Assembly: GCA_965197475.1 (NCBI GenBank)
Contig: CBDANF010000002.1
Span: 1,120,001-1,184,000, forward strand
Direction: 5' to 3'
Length of the DNA stretch: 64,000 bases
Source: Candidatus Poribacteria bacterium
GTDB taxonomy: Bacteria > Poribacteria > WGA-4E > WGA-3G
Position 1 is the stretch's first letter. Every line of letters starts with the position of its first letter. A model generated the notes under the pieces. The model searched no databases and had not been told where the DNA came from. It worked only from the letters and a program-made list of their open reading frames with translations. Shown here piece after piece: positions 20,143 through 29,864 of this stretch. The position numbers were made by a program, and so were the translations under genes.

Positions 20143-21291
20143 ATGAAAACTGTCTTGAAAGAAATCATAATGAGCCGTCCTGTTATTATTACCTTCATTG
20201 GCTGCCTACTCTTTTTCGGTTCACTGCTGCTTTTTGTAATCAAAGGGTGTAATAATGAAGCTGGCAAAAGTATAATAAACGAGATCCATCCCTATATATC
20301 GGAAGCAGACCTTAACTCAACTGAACCGATAGCAGTTGCGCCTTTTCCTGAACCCTCACTGGAGGGACTTGTGGCACAACTGAAAGCGGAACTTGGGCTT
20401 ACCGATGCGGAGATAGCAGCGGATGCGGAACTTATAGCGAAAGAACGCGAACTTGACATCGTAAACTACATGGACAGTCGCCGTGGTTCCGAAGCGAGGC
20501 AGGCTGCGTGGGAACAACGTAAGCGACTCGCTGTTGCGAAACCTGAACTGCTATGGACACCCGGCTTCGTCTTACCGCCCGCACTTGATGTAATGGAGTT
20601 AAAAGATATATCTTTATATAACTACGATACGAAACAAGGTGAAGATTTTACAATCACCTCAGAACAACAGCAAAGAATCTATGAACAGCGAGACAAAGCA
20701 AGGAGAGATGAAATTTCTTCGGAAGAATCTCGTAGAGAAGCTGGGAAAATTCGGGTGGAGAACCTTGATCCCTTAACTGCTGCGAAGCATTTTCTAACAT
20801 ATTCAGGCGTAGGTTCCGTAAACGCAGAACTCGGTATTGAATACGCCGAGCGCGCCATTAATGAAAACCCCGATTCCTTTGAGGCACATCATGTCTGGAC
20901 ATTCTGCAACCGCATGTTCTATTTGGGAACAGACAACGAGAAAGTGATAGCAGGGTACCGCAATCTGGTTGACAGATTCCCGAATTCCTCCATTGCACTT
21001 CAAGATCTGAGTTGGGCACTGTATCATTTGTATTCGGGCCCGGATTTGTATGCCTACCCAGAGGAGGCACTCGATGCTGTCCAACGCGCAATTCAACTTG
21101 ATGACCGCATTGAACGAAATAATCAATTATTAGCTCGTTGTTATCATAATCTTGGCGAGTATGAAAAAGCACTTGCTGTTTACCAAGGGATGTCCGAAGT
21201 ATACTATGGTCATGGTGGGGGTCTTCTCACACCTATTTATCAGCTGCAACGCAAAGTTTACAATCAACGGCAGCAACAACAAGGCGAATAA
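20143..21291 (+). CDS. Membrane-anchored TPR protein, paralog 3
   Basis: 382-aa paralog. Confidence 0.85.
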   Translation: MKTVLKEIIMSRPVIITFIGCLLFFGSLLLFVIKGCNNEAGKSIINEIHPYISEADLNSTEPIAVAPFPEPSLEGLVAQLKAELGLTDAEIAADAELIAKERELDIVNYMDSRRGSEARQAAWEQRKRLAVAKPELLWTPGFVLPPALDVMELKDISLYNYDTKQGEDFTITSEQQQRIYEQRDKARRDEISSEESRREAGKIRVENLDPLTAAKHFLTYSGVGSVNAELGIEYAERAINENPDSFEAHHVWTFCNRMFYLGTDNEKVIAGYRNLVDRFPNSSIALQDLSWALYHLYSGPDLYAYPEEALDAVQRAIQLDDRIERNNQLLARCYHNLGEYEKALAVYQGMSEVYYGHGGGLLTPIYQLQRKVYNQRQQQQGE

Positions 21292-21340
21292 TGTCAAAGA
21301 GAAACAGAAACCGTAACAATCAGGGACTGACGCTGCAAAA

Positions 21341-21813
21341 TAGACATTATAACGTTTTCAGGACGGACGCATTTTTTCTTAAAGTCCCACTGATAAGGGG
21401 GATTTAGGGGGTTAAAAACACCAAAATAAGGACTTTTAACCCCCCTAACCCCCCTTATCAAGGGGGAATGCGTAAGTCCTGGTTTTAATTGTGAGTTATT
21501 ATTGGTCTATGGTCCAATCTTATGTTCGTCCGTTGGGTAGATTAGGTGTCGCGCGCAACTTTCTGAATCGCGGATTATCGCGGATTACACCAAATCAACG
21601 GTATGAATGCCTTTTTGGCATTCCCCGGATTTCACGGATTATTGGACACTGGTGACAACAAGTCGTTTTCATAATGTGATGTCAATAACAGAAGCCGTCC
21701 ATCCATCCGTTGAATGTGCGGATACAAGACTCATAAAATCCGCGCAATCCGATAAATCCGCGTAAATCCGCGATTCTGACAACACAACGCCGATTAAATC
21801 ATTATAATGTCTA
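21341..21813. mobile_element. Composite MITE (TAGACATTATAA...TTATAATGTCTA) containing MITE A copy 7 and a GGATT-periodic element
   Basis: Terminal inverted repeat; the same end sequence occurs at ~3092; the whole block is duplicated at ~23145-23617. Confidence 0.6.
21359..21481. mobile_element. MITE family A, copy 7
   Basis: TIRs present, TSD GTTTT. Confidence 0.9.
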
Positions 21814-21970
21814 ATCTTTATGTTACCACAAAAAGGAGTTTAATCATGTCAAAAACTATAATTTTTTGTTTAACTTTCTTACTTATCGGTATTTTGCTAT
21901 AATATCCCATACGCATTCACAAACATTGAAGTTATCACCTCATCTGTACCACAAAAAAGGAGAAATTCAC

Positions 21971-23095
21971 ATGAAAACTGTCTTGAAAGAAATCATAATG
22001 AGTCGTCCTGTTATTATTACCTTCATTGGCTGCCTACTCTTTTTCGGTTCACTGCTGCTTTTTGTAATCAAAGGGTGTAATAATGAAGCTGGCAAGAGTA
22101 TAATAAACGAGATCCATCCCTATATATCGGAAGCAGACCTTAACTCAACCGAACCGATAGCAGTTCCGCCTTTTCCTGAACCCTCACTGGAGGGACTTGT
22201 GGCACAACTGAAAGCGGAACTTGGGCTTACCGATGCGGAGATAGCAGCGGATGCGGAACTTATAGCGAAAGAACGCGAACTTGACATCGTAAACTACATG
22301 GACAGTCGCCGTGGTTCCGAAGCGAGGCAGGCTGCGTGGGAACAACGTAAGCGACTCGCTGTTGCGAAACCTGAACTGCTATGGACACCCGGCTTCGTCT
22401 TACCGCCCGCACTTGATGTAATGGAGTTAAGAGATATATCTTTATATAACTACGATACGAAACAAGGTGAAGATTTTACAATTACCTCAGAACAACGGCA
22501 AAGAATGTCTAACCTGCGAAACCAAGCACAGAGAGGTGAAATTTCTGATGAAGAATATAGTAGAGAAGCTGGGAAAATTCGGGTTGAGAACCTTGATCCC
22601 TTAACTGCTGCGAAGTATTTTCTAACATATTCAAGCGTAGGTTCCATAAAAGCAGAACTCGGTATTGAATACGCCGAGCGCGCCATTAATGAAAACCCCA
22701 ATTCCTTTGAGGCACATCATGTCTGGGCACTCTGCAACCGCGAGTATTATTTTCAAACAGACAATGAGAAAACAATAGAGGGGTTCCGCAATCTGGTTAA
22801 CAGATTTCCGAACTCCTCCATCGCACTTCAAGAACTTTGTTTGATAACCCGTTTCACCCACCCGGAGGAGGCACTTGATGCCGTCCAACGCGCAATTCAA
22901 CTTGATGACCGCATTGAACGAAATAATGAATTATTAGCTCATTGTTATCATAAACTCGGGGAATATGAGAAGGCACTTGCTGTTTACCAAGGAATGTCTG
23001 AAGTATACTATGGACACGGTGGTGGTCTTCTCACCTTTATTTATCAACTTCAACGCAAAGTTTACAATCAGCGGCAGCAACAACAAGGCGAATAA
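21971..23095 (+). CDS. Membrane-anchored TPR protein, paralog 4 (divergent TPR core)
   Basis: Start assigned by homology (MKTVLKEII) with RBS AGGAG; 8-aa deletion relative to the other paralogs. Confidence 0.85.
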   Translation: MKTVLKEIIMSRPVIITFIGCLLFFGSLLLFVIKGCNNEAGKSIINEIHPYISEADLNSTEPIAVPPFPEPSLEGLVAQLKAELGLTDAEIAADAELIAKERELDIVNYMDSRRGSEARQAAWEQRKRLAVAKPELLWTPGFVLPPALDVMELRDISLYNYDTKQGEDFTITSEQRQRMSNLRNQAQRGEISDEEYSREAGKIRVENLDPLTAAKYFLTYSSVGSIKAELGIEYAERAINENPNSFEAHHVWALCNREYYFQTDNEKTIEGFRNLVNRFPNSSIALQELCLITRFTHPEEALDAVQRAIQLDDRIERNNELLAHCYHKLGEYEKALAVYQGMSEVYYGHGGGLLTFIYQLQRKVYNQRQQQQGE

Positions 23096-23162
23096 TGTCA
23101 AAGAGAAACAGAAACCGTAACAATCAGGGACTGACGCTGCAAAATAGACATTATAACGTTTT

Positions 23163-23285
23163 CAGGACGGACGCATTTTTTCTTAAAGTCCCACTGATAA
23201 GGGGGATTTAGGGGGTTAAAAACACCAAAATAAGGACTTTTAACCCCCCTAACCCCCCTTATCAAGGGGGAATGCGTAAGTCCTG
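23163..23285. mobile_element. MITE family A, copy 8
   Basis: Identical to copy 7, TSD GTTTT. Confidence 0.9.
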
Positions 23286-23649
23286 GTTTTAATTGTGAGT
23301 TATTATTGGTCTATGGTCCAATCTTATGTTCGTCCGTTGGGTAGATTAGGTGTCGCGCGCAACTTTCTGAATCGCGGATTATCGCGGATTACACCAAATC
23401 AACGGTATGAATGCCTTTTTGGCATTCCCCGGATTTCACGGATTATTGGACACTGGTGACAACAAGTCGTTTTCATAATGTGATGTCAATAACAGAAGCC
23501 GTCCATCCATCCGTTGAATGTGCGGATACAAGACTCATAAAATCCGCGCAATCCGATAAATCCGCGTAAATCCGCGATTCTGACAACACAACGCCGATTA
23601 AATCATTATAATGTCTAATCTTTATGTTACCACAAAAAGGAGTTTAATC

Positions 23650-26619
23650 ATGTCAAAAACTATAATTTTTTGTTTAACTTTCTTACTTATCGGTGTCTTT
23701 GCCGCAACGGACATCGCACAAGCACAGACGTTGACGATAAGCCCTAAAAATCAAGATACATACAACGACTGGGAACCAACGAATGGGGGCACCCTCACTT
23801 TTACTGTCAACGTTAGCAACTTATCTGCTGCGAATATCACTGGCGGTAAAATCAGTTTTGACTTTGAGACGGTGTCGAGGTGGCATGGGATCTGTATGAA
23901 TGACGGAGAATGTAAAGCCCCAGAAGACCCAGACCTCTACTTTGACAGCACTCAGACGACCTATACTGCGCCACGCTGGCAACAATCGAGCGAATCTTCA
24001 GACAGCAGCACTTCACCAAGAGTAGATGCTGTGTGGAATTCGAGTGATAATCTCAATAACTTTTCAATTGATGTCAAAGTACTATGCAGGGATTACGGTG
24101 CATTCGGTATCCTTCGGGTAAAACTCTATAAAAGCACCTCATCTTCATCCTATGTATTTGTAAAGGAAGTTGGAATCGTCATCCCGAAAGATGACAATGG
24201 CAATTATATGGCAGACAAAAGCGACACAAAATATGGGTATACAAACCCAGCCATTGATGCTGAATCCGGTCCTGATGATGGATCAGGTGTTGAGGAAAAT
24301 AACAACTATGGAGATGGACTCGTCGAATTTGAGGAATACCGTGGGGCTATGATAGACGGGGTGCATAAACGTCTCAAGCCAACGGAGAAAGACATTTTCG
24401 TCTATAGCCAGTTCACCACTTTAGGCATTGGTGATGCATCCAACTTGCCCAGCACGACCTTTAAAGTGCATGAGATACGGATACGTGAAACGAAAGATGA
24501 AGACGATGATCGAACGGTAAACTACAATTCTTTAGGCACCCCAACCCAGTTCGGTGCAGTGGATGCGTGGCGTGTGCAAAATACAAAGGCTCTCTGGATA
24601 ACTCCCACGTCTTCAGGTACCTACTTAGGAATAGTAAGTGCGGTTGCTGCGCCTCCTGATGTAGAATCAGTTAAAATCAATGAAACAAACATTAGAAATT
24701 ACCTTACCAGTATCCAGAACGGTACGCCCCGGACAAACCTAACAGCAAATCAGTTCATTCGTTTTGTTATCGGGCATGAAATGGGACATGGGGTAGCAGT
24801 TAACCATCCTTGGCACACACCCGTCCCTTCCGGTTCTTCTAATCCGCCTGTTGATGGTGGTTGGTATGGTTTTAGTGGTAATCTTTCGCATATACGCACT
24901 CCGAGTATAGTTGCGGCTTTGCTATCACATTTTGATAGTTATTGGAATGTCAATACGGCTCCAGCAAAATGGACGATACCTGTCAACAGCTATACGGATG
25001 ATTTGCCACTGGATAGTTCCGCATCAAGTTTTAAGTATCAGTACGGTTCTACTATTATGGATTATCCAATACCTTTTAGCGACATAACTGACGCGAATAA
25101 TAACACAATAGATAGAGAAGGTATTTTCCCCGCGTCAACTTTTCATAGTCTCCACAATTGGGAATATCAATTGCTGGGTGATGGTGTGGCATCTCAGGAA
25201 ACTGCTGAGTGGACACGTCGCACCGTTTCTGCGGATCCATCCAGCGAGGCAAACTTTGGAGATTCAGCCAATTCGGGTAATGGTGATAGCACTGATGGGA
25301 GTAATGGCGGTAGCACAGAAACTAATGGCGATAGCACAGAAACTAATGGTGATAGCACAGAAACTAATGGCGGTAGCACAGAAACTAATGGTGATAGCAC
25401 AGAAACTAATGGTGATAGCACAGAAACTACTAGTGATGGCACAGAAACTAATGGCGGTGGCACAAGCACTACACCGCCAGGTGCACCGAGAGATTTGCTC
25501 GTCTCATCAGAAGGTGATGGTCAGGTCAGTTTATCATGGACAGCCCCAACCGATACAGGGAGTTCTTCAATTGACAATTATGAATATCAGTATAGCGAAA
25601 GCAGCCCCGAGAGTTGGAGCGGTTGGATATCAACGGGTAACGATGGAAACTCTATAACTGGTACGAGTGTAGATGTTACGGGGTTGACCAACGATACGGA
25701 ATACAAGTTCCAGGTGCGCGCCGTGAGTAGCGCGGGAGAGAGCCCAGAATCAGACACAGTGACCGGAAGCCCCCAAGCACCGGTCATAATAACAGTGCCC
25801 GCAGCCCCTGCTTGGAGTGATATACCGGATCCGTATAACCTTACCGTTGGTGATTATTTTTGTTTAGACTTGAGTAGTTATGTGTCTGGGAGCCCGACTA
25901 TAGCCAGGACTTTGGGTAGGATACCTGCTGGATTATCCCTTAGTAATGGTGTCTTGAGTGGAACGGTGACAACGGTTGAAACTCGGTATCTTAAGTTTAC
26001 GGCGACCAATCTCGGAGGTTCCGTACAAAGTGAGTGGGTTGATATCGTTGTAACTGCCGCCTCTACGCCAACGGTGACAGTGCCTGTTTGGAGCGATATA
26101 CCGGATCCGTACAATCTTATCGTTGGTGATTATTTTAGTTTAGACTTGAATAGTTATGTGTCTGGGAGCCTGACTATAACCAAGAACGCTGGTGCTATAC
26201 CTGCGGGGTTGTCACTGAGTAATGGTGTCCTGAGTGGCACGGTCACAACCGTTGAAAGTCGGGGTCTCCAATTTACTGCGACAAATACCGAAGGGTCCGC
26301 ACAGAGCGAATGGGTCCAAATTGTCGTTACTGCCGCCTCTACGCCAACGGTGACAGCCCCTGTTTGGAGTGATATACCGGATCCGTACACCCTTACTGTT
26401 GGTGATTATTTTAGTTTAGACTTGAATAGTTATGTGACGGGAAGTCTGACTATAACCAAGAACGCTGGTGCTATACCTGCGGGGTTGTCACTGAGTAATG
26501 GCATCCTGAATGGCACGGTGACAACCGTTGAAGATCGCAGTATCCAATTTACTGCGACCAATTCTGCAGGTTCCGCACAAAGTGAATGGGTTAATATCAC
26601 CGTTCAAGCTGCTCAATGA
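23650..26619 (+). CDS. Secreted metzincin-like metalloprotease with S/T/G linker, FN3 domain and three Ig-like repeats
   Basis: Signal peptide MSKTIIFCLTFLL...AQA; HEMGHGVAVNH Zn motif; Met-turn-like STIMDY; FN3 'LSWTAP...GLTNDTEYKFQVRA'; 3x 'WSDIPDPY...PAGLSLSNG.L.GT'. Confidence 0.8.
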   Translation: MSKTIIFCLTFLLIGVFAATDIAQAQTLTISPKNQDTYNDWEPTNGGTLTFTVNVSNLSAANITGGKISFDFETVSRWHGICMNDGECKAPEDPDLYFDSTQTTYTAPRWQQSSESSDSSTSPRVDAVWNSSDNLNNFSIDVKVLCRDYGAFGILRVKLYKSTSSSSYVFVKEVGIVIPKDDNGNYMADKSDTKYGYTNPAIDAESGPDDGSGVEENNNYGDGLVEFEEYRGAMIDGVHKRLKPTEKDIFVYSQFTTLGIGDASNLPSTTFKVHEIRIRETKDEDDDRTVNYNSLGTPTQFGAVDAWRVQNTKALWITPTSSGTYLGIVSAVAAPPDVESVKINETNIRNYLTSIQNGTPRTNLTANQFIRFVIGHEMGHGVAVNHPWHTPVPSGSSNPPVDGGWYGFSGNLSHIRTPSIVAALLSHFDSYWNVNTAPAKWTIPVNSYTDDLPLDSSASSFKYQYGSTIMDYPIPFSDITDANNNTIDREGIFPASTFHSLHNWEYQLLGDGVASQETAEWTRRTVSADPSSEANFGDSANSGNGDSTDGSNGGSTETNGDSTETNGDSTETNGGSTETNGDSTETNGDSTETTSDGTETNGGGTSTTPPGAPRDLLVSSEGDGQVSLSWTAPTDTGSSSIDNYEYQYSESSPESWSGWISTGNDGNSITGTSVDVTGLTNDTEYKFQVRAVSSAGESPESDTVTGSPQAPVIITVPAAPAWSDIPDPYNLTVGDYFCLDLSSYVSGSPTIARTLGRIPAGLSLSNGVLSGTVTTVETRYLKFTATNLGGSVQSEWVDIVVTAASTPTVTVPVWSDIPDPYNLIVGDYFSLDLNSYVSGSLTITKNAGAIPAGLSLSNGVLSGTVTTVESRGLQFTATNTEGSAQSEWVQIVVTAASTPTVTAPVWSDIPDPYTLTVGDYFSLDLNSYVTGSLTITKNAGAIPAGLSLSNGILNGTVTTVEDRSIQFTATNSAGSAQSEWVNITVQAAQ
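25279..25464 (+). repeat. 21-bp coding VNTR (NGDSTET), about 8 units
   Basis: AATGG(T/C)G(A/G)TAGCACAGAAACT in tandem. Confidence 0.9.
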
Positions 26620-27025
26620 CTTGACATTCCTACTGCGGATTTAACGATGACGCGCAATCAATCTTTTAGTTTGGATCTGGATAATTATCTGGTAAACGAT
26701 ATAACGCCAACAATAACTTACGTTGGTCCTTTGCTATCAGGTATAAGTTGAGCAATGGTATCTTATGCAGAACCCCGGGGCACAGACACAAGCTTATTAG
26801 TCGTTTTTGAGGTAACCAACACACGGTTCTGTATTATAGTAAAATCTGTAATTATCTGGACACTGCTGTAGCGTCCACTTTCAGTTTGCGCAAGGACGAC
26901 ACAAACTAAAAGTTTGTGCTACAAAATATGCGGTAGGAACTGTTTCCCAACTGGACCGATAACAATGTCCAAGTAATTCTAAAATCTACTATAAAATTGG
27001 AAGAGATTACCGTTAACGATTAGCC

Positions 27026-27055
27026 TTGACAAATCCTTAAGTTCTGTGATATAGT
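27026..27055 (+). promoter_or_regulatory. Sigma70-like promoter upstream of rph
   Basis: TTGACA-18 nt-TATAGT with extended TG. Confidence 0.55.
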
Positions 27056-27161
27056 CTGTGCTACAGTTCTACTAATAAAGTAGTACCAACTTTTTATAGA
27101 CATTGCTTTTGAGCATAAACTTCTGTTGAGTCACAGATTAAAACTTGAAAATGAGGATTAC

Positions 27162-27920
27162 ATGATCAGAGAAGATGGACGAAAAACAGATGAGATGCGT
27201 CCTGTTACCATTAGCCGGAATTATATAAAGCATGCTGAGGGAGCTATTCTTATAGCAACTGGGGATACGAAGGTGATTTGCACCGCATCTGTTGAAGAAC
27301 GCCAGCCGAGATTTATGCGGGACCAGAACATCCGACATAAAGGTTGGGTCACTGCCGAGTATTCAATGCTACCGCGTTCCACTTCTCAACGCATGCAACG
27401 CGAAGCATCGCAAGGCAGGCTTGGCGGGCGAACACAGGAAATTCAACGCCTAATCGGCAGATCACTCCGCGCTGCTGTTGACCTTGATTCATTAGGTGAA
27501 AGAACAATCTGGTTGGACTGCGATGTGATTCAAGCCGATGGTGGCACCCGTACCGCAGCAATTACAGGTGCATTTATGGCACTCTGGGATGCCTGCAAAA
27601 GTCTGCAAAACCAAGGCAAGATTGATGAACTGCCTATCTCTGACAATATCGCTGCAACCAGTGTTGGGATTATCAATGGAATCCCTATGCTTGATCTCTG
27701 CTATACTGAGGACTCGGCTGCCGATGTTGATATGAACATTGTGATGACAGGAAATGGAAAGTTCATTGAGATTCAAGGCACCGCTGAACAAGACCCATTT
27801 TCACGTGAAGATTGTGACCAATTGTTTGACCTATCTGTCAGCGGTATTCAACAACTCATCCGCTTACAGAACCGAATGATGCTTGAGAACCTTGATGAAG
27901 CTAGTTTTGGCAACCCGTAA
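27162..27920 (+). CDS. rph: Ribonuclease PH
   Basis: '[14 protein letters not shown]', '[16 protein letters not shown]', '[16 protein letters not shown]'. Confidence 0.97.
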   Translation: MIREDGRKTDEMRPVTISRNYIKHAEGAILIATGDTKVICTASVEERQPRFMRDQNIRHKGWVTAEYSMLPRSTSQRMQREASQGRLGGRTQEIQRLIGRSLRAAVDLDSLGERTIWLDCDVIQADGGTRTAAITGAFMALWDACKSLQNQGKIDELPISDNIAATSVGIINGIPMLDLCYTEDSAADVDMNIVMTGNGKFIEIQGTAEQDPFSREDCDQLFDLSVSGIQQLIRLQNRMMLENLDEASFGNP

Positions 27921-28539
27921 CCTCGGAAAAGTAAATGAGCTTACGGCAATGCTTAACACCGACCAACAACATCAGAATATTCAGATTCTCTCGCTTCAGG
28001 ATTTTCCTGATGCGCCAGAGGTCATTGAGGACGGTGGGACATATCAAGAAAACGCCGCAAAGAAAGCTACAGTCATTGCTGATTACACCGGGTACCGCAC
28101 GCTTGCTGATGACGCGGGCTTAGAGGTTGATGCTCTCGGTGGTGCACCAGGTGTTCACTCTAAACGATGGGCAGGTGATGATGTCACTGATGCAATTCGC
28201 GTTCAAAAATTGCTTGAAGCTTTGGAAGGCCTCTCTAATCGGAACGCACGATTTGTTGCAGCAATTGCTATCGCAGAACCTACTTCAACGAATAGCAGTT
28301 ATTCTGGGAGCAATGCCTTACAGCAGTCAAGTACTTCTTCGTCAAAAAGGGTACAGGTTGTTGTTGGTAAATGCGAAGGGCACATAATCCATGCTCCTGC
28401 TGGGGACAGCGGTTTTGGATACGATCCGATCTTTGTTCCTATCGGTTATGAGAAAACTTTTGCTGAATTGGGCGATGCAATCAAAAACCGAATCAGCCAT
28501 AGAAGTGAAGCATTGCGATTGGCACTCAAATTATTATAA
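27895..28539 (+). CDS. rdgB: Non-canonical purine NTP pyrophosphatase (RdgB/HAM1)
   Basis: 'LATRNLGK', '[19 protein letters not shown]', 'GFGYDPIF', 'KNRISHR'. Confidence 0.95.
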   Translation: MKLVLATRNLGKVNELTAMLNTDQQHQNIQILSLQDFPDAPEVIEDGGTYQENAAKKATVIADYTGYRTLADDAGLEVDALGGAPGVHSKRWAGDDVTDAIRVQKLLEALEGLSNRNARFVAAIAIAEPTSTNSSYSGSNALQQSSTSSSKRVQVVVGKCEGHIIHAPAGDSGFGYDPIFVPIGYEKTFAELGDAIKNRISHRSEALRLALKLL

Positions 28540-28540
28540 T

Positions 28541-28662
28541 TAGGACTTACGCGTTTCCTCTTAAAGTCCCCTTGATAAGGGGGATTTAGGGGGTTAAATA
28601 ACTGAAATAGCGACTTTTTTGGTGAAATATATTGCTTTTGGACACAATTTGCGTGAGTCCTG
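28541..28662. mobile_element. MITE family A, copy 9 (divergent)
   Basis: TAGGACTTACGC...TGCGTGAGTCCTG, TSD ATAAT. Confidence 0.8.
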
Positions 28663-28783
28663 ATAATATAAAGCATCTGTAAGAACTGTACTAATTACAT
28701 TCATCTTTGTAGGAGGGCTTTGTAAGCCTGATTTATATACGCTACAATAGAATTATATTTTGCTGATAGGAGAAAGGAATTTA

Positions 28784-29341
28784 ATGGCAGCACTAAACGA
28801 TTTACGAAACGGATTAGTCATCCGACTTAACAATATTGTCTACACGATTGTAGACTGTGAACATGTGAAACCCGGAAAAGGAGGAGCATTCGCTCGAACC
28901 AAGATTAAACGAGTTCGGGATGGGGCAGTCCTTGACCGCACCTTTCGCACAAACGAAACTATTGAAACAGTCCGACTCACCGACCATGAGATGCAGTTTC
29001 TCTATAGTGAAGGTGAGATGCTGTGGTTTATGGATAACGAAACTTTTGACCAACACGAGTTTCCCGTAGCACTGCTTGGGGATAGTGTGAAATTTTTAAA
29101 AGAGAGTGAAACTGTAACGGTTAAAATGGATGGTACTACGCCGCTTGCTGTTGAACTGCCGACTTTTGTTGAACTCCAAATTGTTGAAACTGATCCCGGT
29201 TTACGAGGCGACACTGTCAGCGGTGGTACAAAACCAGCAAAATTAGAAACAGGTGCTGTGGTAAATGTCCCGCTCTTCGTTAAAAATGAAACCACAATCA
29301 AAGTTGACACTCGGACGGGGAAATATGTTGAAAGGGTTTAA
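28784..29341 (+). CDS. efp: Elongation factor P
   Basis: 'HVKPGKGGAF', 'PGLRGDT..GGTKPAKLETG', 'KVDTRTGKYVER'. Confidence 0.97.
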   Translation: MAALNDLRNGLVIRLNNIVYTIVDCEHVKPGKGGAFARTKIKRVRDGAVLDRTFRTNETIETVRLTDHEMQFLYSEGEMLWFMDNETFDQHEFPVALLGDSVKFLKESETVTVKMDGTTPLAVELPTFVELQIVETDPGLRGDTVSGGTKPAKLETGAVVNVPLFVKNETTIKVDTRTGKYVERV

Positions 29342-29344
29342 AAC

Positions 29345-29860
29345 ATGAAGCAAAACAAGCAAAGTGAGAACCTTGACTCCGCTGCTGATACAGATGTTAG
29401 CTCCGACGAAATTACAAACCTCGGTGTTGGTTCTGATCCGATCCTACAACGTCTTGAACAACTCATCGCAATCGCAGAGCAGTCGGATTTGGCAACGGTT
29501 CGGATTCGAGAAGGTGAAGTTGAAATAGAAATTTCACGCGTAACTACTCAACCTGTACCAACCGCACAAGCCAATACGAATACCACCGCACCCGCCCTTG
29601 TCACTGGCGACCAATCGGGAGACGACATAATTCGATCGCCAATGCCCGCGCGTTTCTATCGCGCACCAGCACCTGATGAACCCCCATTTATTGAAGTCGG
29701 TGATACTGTTACAGCCGGTGCTTCCTTATCTACGCTTGAAGTTATGAAAACTTACAACGATGTTGAGGCTCCTTTCAATTGTGAAATCCTCGAAATTCTT
29801 GTTGAAGATGGTGAAGCAGTTGAATACAATCAGGCTCTCTTTCGAGTGAGGCAAACCTAA
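29345..29860 (+). CDS. accB: Acetyl-CoA carboxylase biotin carboxyl carrier protein
   Basis: 'SPMPARFY', biotinylation motif EVMK. Confidence 0.93.
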   Translation: MKQNKQSENLDSAADTDVSSDEITNLGVGSDPILQRLEQLIAIAEQSDLATVRIREGEVEIEISRVTTQPVPTAQANTNTTAPALVTGDQSGDDIIRSPMPARFYRAPAPDEPPFIEVGDTVTAGASLSTLEVMKTYNDVEAPFNCEILEILVEDGEAVEYNQALFRVRQT

Positions 29861-29864
29861 AACT

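Noticed and set aside
14489-23095. TPR paralogs as a diversity-generating retroelement (TR/VR)
   Set aside because: No reverse transcriptase or Avd gene in the window; differences are block-wise and not confined to adenines.
25178-25657. Alternate-frame and antisense ORFs with repeats (VMAVAQKL / VSVLSPL)
   Set aside because: Shadow frames of the 21-bp VNTR inside the protease gene.
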